From: Octopus sinensis
Lineage: Eukaryota
DNA: 12,091 nt
NCBI RefSeq assembly: GCF_006345805.1
Contig: NW_021826712.1
Coordinates: forward strand, 1 to 12,091
Reading direction: 5' to 3'
Below the pieces are notes generated by a model, which saw only the letters and a list, made by a program, of their open reading frames with translations, had not been told where the DNA came from and did not search any database. The translations under genes were made by a program, and so were the position numbers. Each line of letters opens with the position of its first letter. Positions within the stretch are counted from its first letter, which is position 1. Below are positions 7,520-12,091 of this stretch, piece after piece.

Positions 7520-7769
7520 AAGCTTTCTTCACTTAGGAATGTTTACAAAATGCTTCATCCGCCAAGTGCTTCTGTTCAGAATAACTGAACTGTCTACATT
7601 TGTTTATATATATACATTTAGCACAGTTTATTTTGATACACCTAGTATTTATGTATTCAGAGCGTATACTAGCGGTGTGTATAATTTATACAACAGTGTA
7701 CTCACCACATACAGCAAACCAAGCATGGGGTGGCGGGCATAAAGGGTTTGGATGATGTTGGTGGCGTTG

Positions 7770-7960
7770 TTATTTAGCCCCAGGCCGGCAATGATCGAGA
7801 AGACTCGTGAACGAAGACATAGTCATCTCATCTTTTTGATCCAGAACTATTCTATCCTCTTAAATGTCTTTTCTTTTAAGACGGTAAGGAACGATTTGGG
7901 GAGGTTTTAGCTGTCATTTTTAGCATATCAAGTGATCAGGTAGACAGACGTTTCATCCGT
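7770..7960 (-). mobile_element. (AAC)n-tailed short retroposon copy
   Basis: tttagccccaggccggcaatgatcgag...ttttaagacggtaagg...ttttagctgtcatttttagcatatcaagtgatc is homologous to 5646-5835. Confidence 0.7.
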
Positions 7961-8033
7961 CGACACGTTGGGGTTGTGAATGGTACAAGCAGTGGTGGTT
8001 AATGGGGCGATGGTTGATGTTAGCTGTGTAGTG

Positions 8034-8100
8034 TGGTGATGGTGGTGGTGATGGTGGTGGTGGTGGTGGTGGTGGGTGTGGTGGTGGTGGTGGCGATGGT
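8034..8100. repeat. (GGT)n microsatellite
   Basis: Direct reading. Confidence 0.95.
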
Positions 8101-8167
8101 ACATGAATAATTTAAAAAATACTCAGCACAAGATGGTGCTGCTGAAATGCTTCATCTGTGTATAATA

Positions 8168-8268
8168 ATGTGTGTGCGTATGTGTGATTGTATGTATGCA
8201 TGTATGTGTGTATGTATATATGCATGTATGTATAAGTCTGTATGTATATGTGTGTGATTATGTATGTG
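8168..8268. repeat. Degenerate (TATG)n/(TG)n tract
   Basis: Direct reading. Confidence 0.85.
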
Positions 8269-8290
8269 AGCTCAAGCCTACTCAGCTAAA

Positions 8291-8404
8291 GGTGGGTCAG
8301 CAGAATCGTCAGCCAATCTGGTAAACTGCTCGGCAGCCTTGTGTTCGAGCTCTTTATACTCTGGGTTCAAATGCCACCGAGATCAATTGTTGCCTTTAAT
8401 TCCC
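8291..8404 (+). mobile_element. Degenerate 5' part of tRNA-derived SINE family B
   Basis: gcagaatcgtcagc...ctgggttcaaatgccaccgagatcaattgttgcctttaattcc matches the reverse complement of 9934-10046. Confidence 0.8.
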
Positions 8405-8428
8405 ACCAGTCTGCCAGTTGACTGCCTT

Positions 8429-8656
8429 AAGAAGGAGGAGGAGGAGGTAGAGGGGGGATAAAAAGAAGAAGAAGAAGAAGAAGAAGAAGAAATAGGAGAA
8501 GGAGAAGGAGAAGAAGAAGAAGAAGAAGAAGAAGAAGGAGAAGGAGAAGAAGAAGAAGAAGAAGAAGAAGGAGAAGAAGAAGAAGAAGAAGAAGAAGAAG
8601 AAGAAGAAGAAGAAGAAGAAGAGAAGAAGAAGAAAAAGAAGAAAAGGAGGAGGGGG
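8429..8656 (+). repeat. (GAA)n/(GGA)n polypurine tract, about 225 bp
   Basis: Direct reading; almost purely purine on +. Confidence 0.98.
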
Positions 8657-9563
8657 AACAAAAACTATAATACAAATGAAATCCAAACTAAAACTAGAAC
8701 AGCAAAGAAACATGATAAAACGATGGCAAAAAAAGCCCCTTCATGGTAAATACTGGACTAAACTAAACGCAAAAGAAATAGACAAAGAAAAATCCCAGCA
8801 ATGGTTGAGAAGCTCAGGACTCAAAGCAGAGACAGAGGGATTTTTAATTGCAGCACAAGACCAAACCTCCCCACCAGAAATACCAAAACATGTAACGAAA
8901 AGAAATATAACAAGTAACTGCAGAATATATGTGGATATGGACAAGAAACAATAAATCAAATATACCTGGCTGCCCGTCCTGGCTAAGAAGGATATATTCA
9001 CAGATCACGACAGAGTTGGGACCTACATACACTGGAATCTATTCCAACATTATGGAATAACAACAGAAAAAAGATGGTATAGGCACACACCAGAAAAGGT
9101 CACAGAGAACGAGAAAGCAACCATAATCTGGGATATTCTAATATACACAGATAGGCCCGATATAGTTGTCAGAGATCATGAAGAAAATAAATGCTTTCTA
9201 ATCGATGTATCAATATCAGCAGATGACAACGTTTCTCTAAAAGAAATGGAGAAACTTTCAAAATACAAAGACCTGGAAATAGAGGTAACCAGAATGTGGA
9301 ATCTAAAAACAGAAACAATTCCTATCATGGTAGGCGCATTAGGCATGATAAAAAATATTCAGACAAATACATAACAAAAACACCAGGACTTACAAACACA
9401 TATAACATACAGAAAATTGCACTACTAGGCACTGCACACATCCTACGCAGAACACTTTCCATACAATAACCATCAGAGCACCACACATATCACAGCACAT
9501 ACCCAGGCACACAGAGCTGTGCTCGTAGTGAAGTGAAAGCACGCTATAAAAATAAAACTACTG
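8657..9563 (+). mobile_element. 5'-truncated Dong/R4-clade RLE non-LTR retrotransposon (post-RT region, CCHC knuckle, RLE, 3' UTR), pseudogenised
   Basis: Translation across frameshifts: PLHGKYW...SQQWLRSSGLKAETEGFLIAAQDQ...CRI(C)G..QETIN...GC...HDRVGTYIHWNL...IWD..TDRPDIVVRD...LIDVSI...KEMEKLSKYKDL...IPIMVGALG...QKIALLGTAHILRRTLSIQ* (stop 9467-9469). AATAAA at 9551, then (AAT)n, the known target of Dong. Confidence 0.95.
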
Positions 9564-9582
9564 AATAATAATAATAATAATG

Positions 9583-9638
<56 letters not shown>
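9564..9638 (+). repeat. (AAT)n microsatellite, target or tail of the Dong-like element
   Basis: Direct reading. Confidence 0.98.
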
Positions 9639-9802
9639 CCCTTCGAAATTTTGGGGAGTGGGGGATTAGTCGATTACATTGACCCCAGTGTTTCACTGGT
9701 ACTTGATTTATCGACCCCGAAAGGATGAAAGGCAAAGTCGAACTGGAGGAATTTGAACTTAGAACGTAACGACCAGCACGCTAACGATTCTGCAACTTCG
9801 CC
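9638..9802 (-). mobile_element. tRNA-derived SINE family B, internally deleted
   Basis: Homologous to 9832-10046 but lacks part of the region between the A and B boxes and part of the 3' end. The reverse complement contains gcctttcatcctttcggggtcgataaatcaagtaccag. Confidence 0.9.
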
Positions 9803-9831
9803 AATAATAATATTATCAATGATAATAATAA

Positions 9832-10046
9832 TCCTTTCTATTATAGGCGCAAGGCTTGAAATTTTGTGGGAGGGGACCAGTTCATTACATCGACCCCCAT
9901 TGCATAACTGGTACTTAATTTATCGTCCACGAAAGGATCAAAGGCAAAGTCGAACCCCGACGGAATTTGAACTCAAAGTACGAAGACAGACGAAATACCG
10001 CTAAGCATTTAGCAAGGAGTGCTAACGATTCTGCCAGCTCGCCGCC
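9832..10046 (-). mobile_element. Full-length tRNA-derived SINE family B
   Basis: The reverse complement starts ggcggcgagctggcagaatcgttag (A-box-like), has B box gagttcaaattcc (9962-9974) and ends cctataatagaaaggat(tat)n. (AAT)n lies on both sides. Confidence 0.93.
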
Positions 10047-10048
10047 TT

Positions 10049-10124
10049 AATAGTAATAGTAATAATAATGATAATAAATAATAATAATAACCATAATAAT
10101 AATAATAATAACATAATAATAATG

Positions 10125-10163
<39 letters not shown>

Positions 10164-10181
10164 TAATACAATAATAATAAT

Positions 10182-10230
<49 letters not shown>
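10049..10230. repeat. Imperfect (AAT)n microsatellite
   Basis: Direct reading. Confidence 0.97.
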
Positions 10231-10231
<1 letters not shown>

Positions 10232-10334
10232 CAAAACTTCCTTTTTTTATTTGTCACAAGGGTACACATACACAAAGATTGCAAAACTATATACAATCAG
10301 TACAACACAATACAATAACAGAGAAATAAAATAG

Positions 10335-10337
<3 letters not shown>

Positions 10338-10381
<44 letters not shown>
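10338..10381. repeat. (AAT)n microsatellite
   Basis: Direct reading. Confidence 0.97.
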
Positions 10382-10383
<2 letters not shown>

Positions 10384-10417
10384 CGAAATGACAACAACTA
10401 CAATAGCACATTATAGA

Positions 10418-10531
10418 GTGTGTGCGTGTATGTGTGTGTGCGTGTATGTGTGTGTGCGTGCGTGTAAGCTTGTGTGTGCGCGCGTGTGTATTTGTGAGTG
10501 TGCGTGTGTGCGTGTGTGTGTGTGTGTGTGT
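10418..10531. repeat. (GT)n/(GC)n alternating purine-pyrimidine tract
   Basis: Direct reading. Confidence 0.95.
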
Positions 10532-10873
10532 ACATCGGCAAAACGAATGTCAATAAATGTTAATAAATCTTAATAAAAGTTGCAAAGAATTTGTATACAC
10601 GTAAATATGATGCATAAGAAAGAATAAGCGTGTATATAGCAGAATCGTGTATGCACACACGCACCCACCGACACACACACACACATACACTCGCGCGCGT
10701 GCAGAGAGGCACAAACACTCACACATATACACACACAACCCGTACAGATAACGAATAATTCGCATCGAATAACACGGTGGACAAATCCATTGAAAATTGT
10801 TCATTCGAAATATATATATTTAAGTAATTTCATCAAATATATATCATATGGTTTTTCCCCCCGCATAATATTT

Positions 10874-10911
10874 TATACATACATATATATAATGTGTATG
10901 TGTGTGTGTAC

Positions 10912-10978
<67 letters not shown>

Positions 10979-10993
10979 TATATATATATATAT

Positions 10994-11039
<46 letters not shown>

Positions 11040-11063
11040 TTGTATGTATGTATATATGTATGT
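10874..11063. repeat. Long (TA)n with TG/TATG edges
   Basis: Direct reading. Confidence 0.97.
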
Positions 11064-11235
11064 AGTTGTTCTTCATCCTTCTTTCTGTTTTCCTTTCCAT
11101 TTTCCTTATTTTTTTGCGTTATTATTCCCCGCTTTTCTTTGCTATTATATATTTTTCTTTCTTCGTTTCGTTTCGGCTTCCATTTATATTTTTGTCCATC
11201 ACAACGTCTGACTTCTTTTGTCAGCCATTACATTT

Positions 11236-11323
11236 TATATATTATATTATATTATATTATATTATATTATATTATATTATATTATATTATGTTATATTAT
11301 ATCCTATTATACTCTATTCTATT
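11236..11323. repeat. (ATATT)n pentanucleotide repeat grading into (CTATT)n
   Basis: Direct reading. Confidence 0.93.
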
Positions 11324-11439
11324 CTGCGTTCAATATTTGGCAATACGTGGCATCTATAAGCGGCAGTTATTGACCCGGGTTTGGGGGTATTCAAATATAT
11401 GCGCATTTGTGTGTTTGTGAGAGTGCATGTATCTCTAAA

Positions 11440-11460
11440 CACACACATATACACACACCC

Positions 11461-11510
<50 letters not shown>

Positions 11511-11515
11511 ATGTG

Positions 11516-11571
<56 letters not shown>

Positions 11572-11600
11572 ATATATATATAAGTATATATATATATGCG
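11440..11600. repeat. Compound (CA)/(TA)/(TG)/(TATG)/(TA) microsatellite
   Basis: Direct reading. Confidence 0.95.
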
Positions 11601-11691
11601 TGTATATGCATATGTACATGCTGGCATGTGGAAGAGGAACATGAATCTTTGTTGAGGTAATTTGACGTTAAAACATATTTAGTAAAAGAAA

Positions 11692-11776
11692 ACACATTCA
11701 CACACACACACGCTCACACACATACACACGCGCACGCACACACATGCAACTCATACACACATACACACACACACAC
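11692..11776. repeat. Imperfect (CA)n microsatellite
   Basis: Direct reading. Confidence 0.95.
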
Positions 11777-11877
11777 CAGTCGCATATACACAATAACGAA
11801 CAACACAATACGGAAGATAGTTGAATGCTATTAAAATATAACATACATACATATAAACACAGTCAAACACAAACGCC

Positions 11878-11903
11878 ATATATATTATGTATATATATAT
11901 AAC

Positions 11904-11937
<34 letters not shown>

Positions 11938-12091
11938 ATATATAATATGTATGTATGTATATATTATATACATATATATATATATAATATATATACATGT
12001 ACTGCGTATGTTATAAGTATATACCTATGTACATATCGATAAATACTCACACATATACGCATACATACCTATGTACGTCACATACATGATA
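11878..12091. repeat. Degenerate (TA)n-rich tract
   Basis: Direct reading. Confidence 0.9.

Noticed and set aside
8383-8713. Poly-Ser, poly-Phe and poly-Leu ORFs
   Set aside because: These are the three frames of (TTC)n; artefacts.
10790-11707. YI-rich and hydrophobic ORFs resembling membrane proteins
   Set aside because: Derived from (TA)n, (ATATT)n and (TG)n tracts.
1-12091. CRISPR arrays or prokaryotic operons
   Set aside because: No repeat-spacer periodicity or gene-dense organisation; the content is animal intergenic or intronic DNA.

Overview
Repeat-dense, non-coding eukaryotic DNA with no supportable host gene. The SINE families and microsatellite load resemble octopus (coleoid cephalopod) DNA; this is recognition from memory, not a search. 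Most long ORFs in the track are translations of microsatellites. The only protein-coding signal comes from decayed transposons: 3' fragments of two related R4/Dong-like restriction-like-endonuclease (RLE) non-LTR retrotransposon families, one ending in (CATA)n (2-3 copies) and one ending in (AAT)n, plus a rearranged mariner remnant. About a dozen SINE or short-retroposon copies are also present. The most striking object is a 132-bp near-perfect palindrome (4941-5072) inside (TA)n. Each arm carries a complete minimal hammerhead ribozyme motif, one per strand, as expected for an inverted Penelope-like pseudo-LTR. A unique CpG- and G-rich block at about 2941-3960 may be regulatory.
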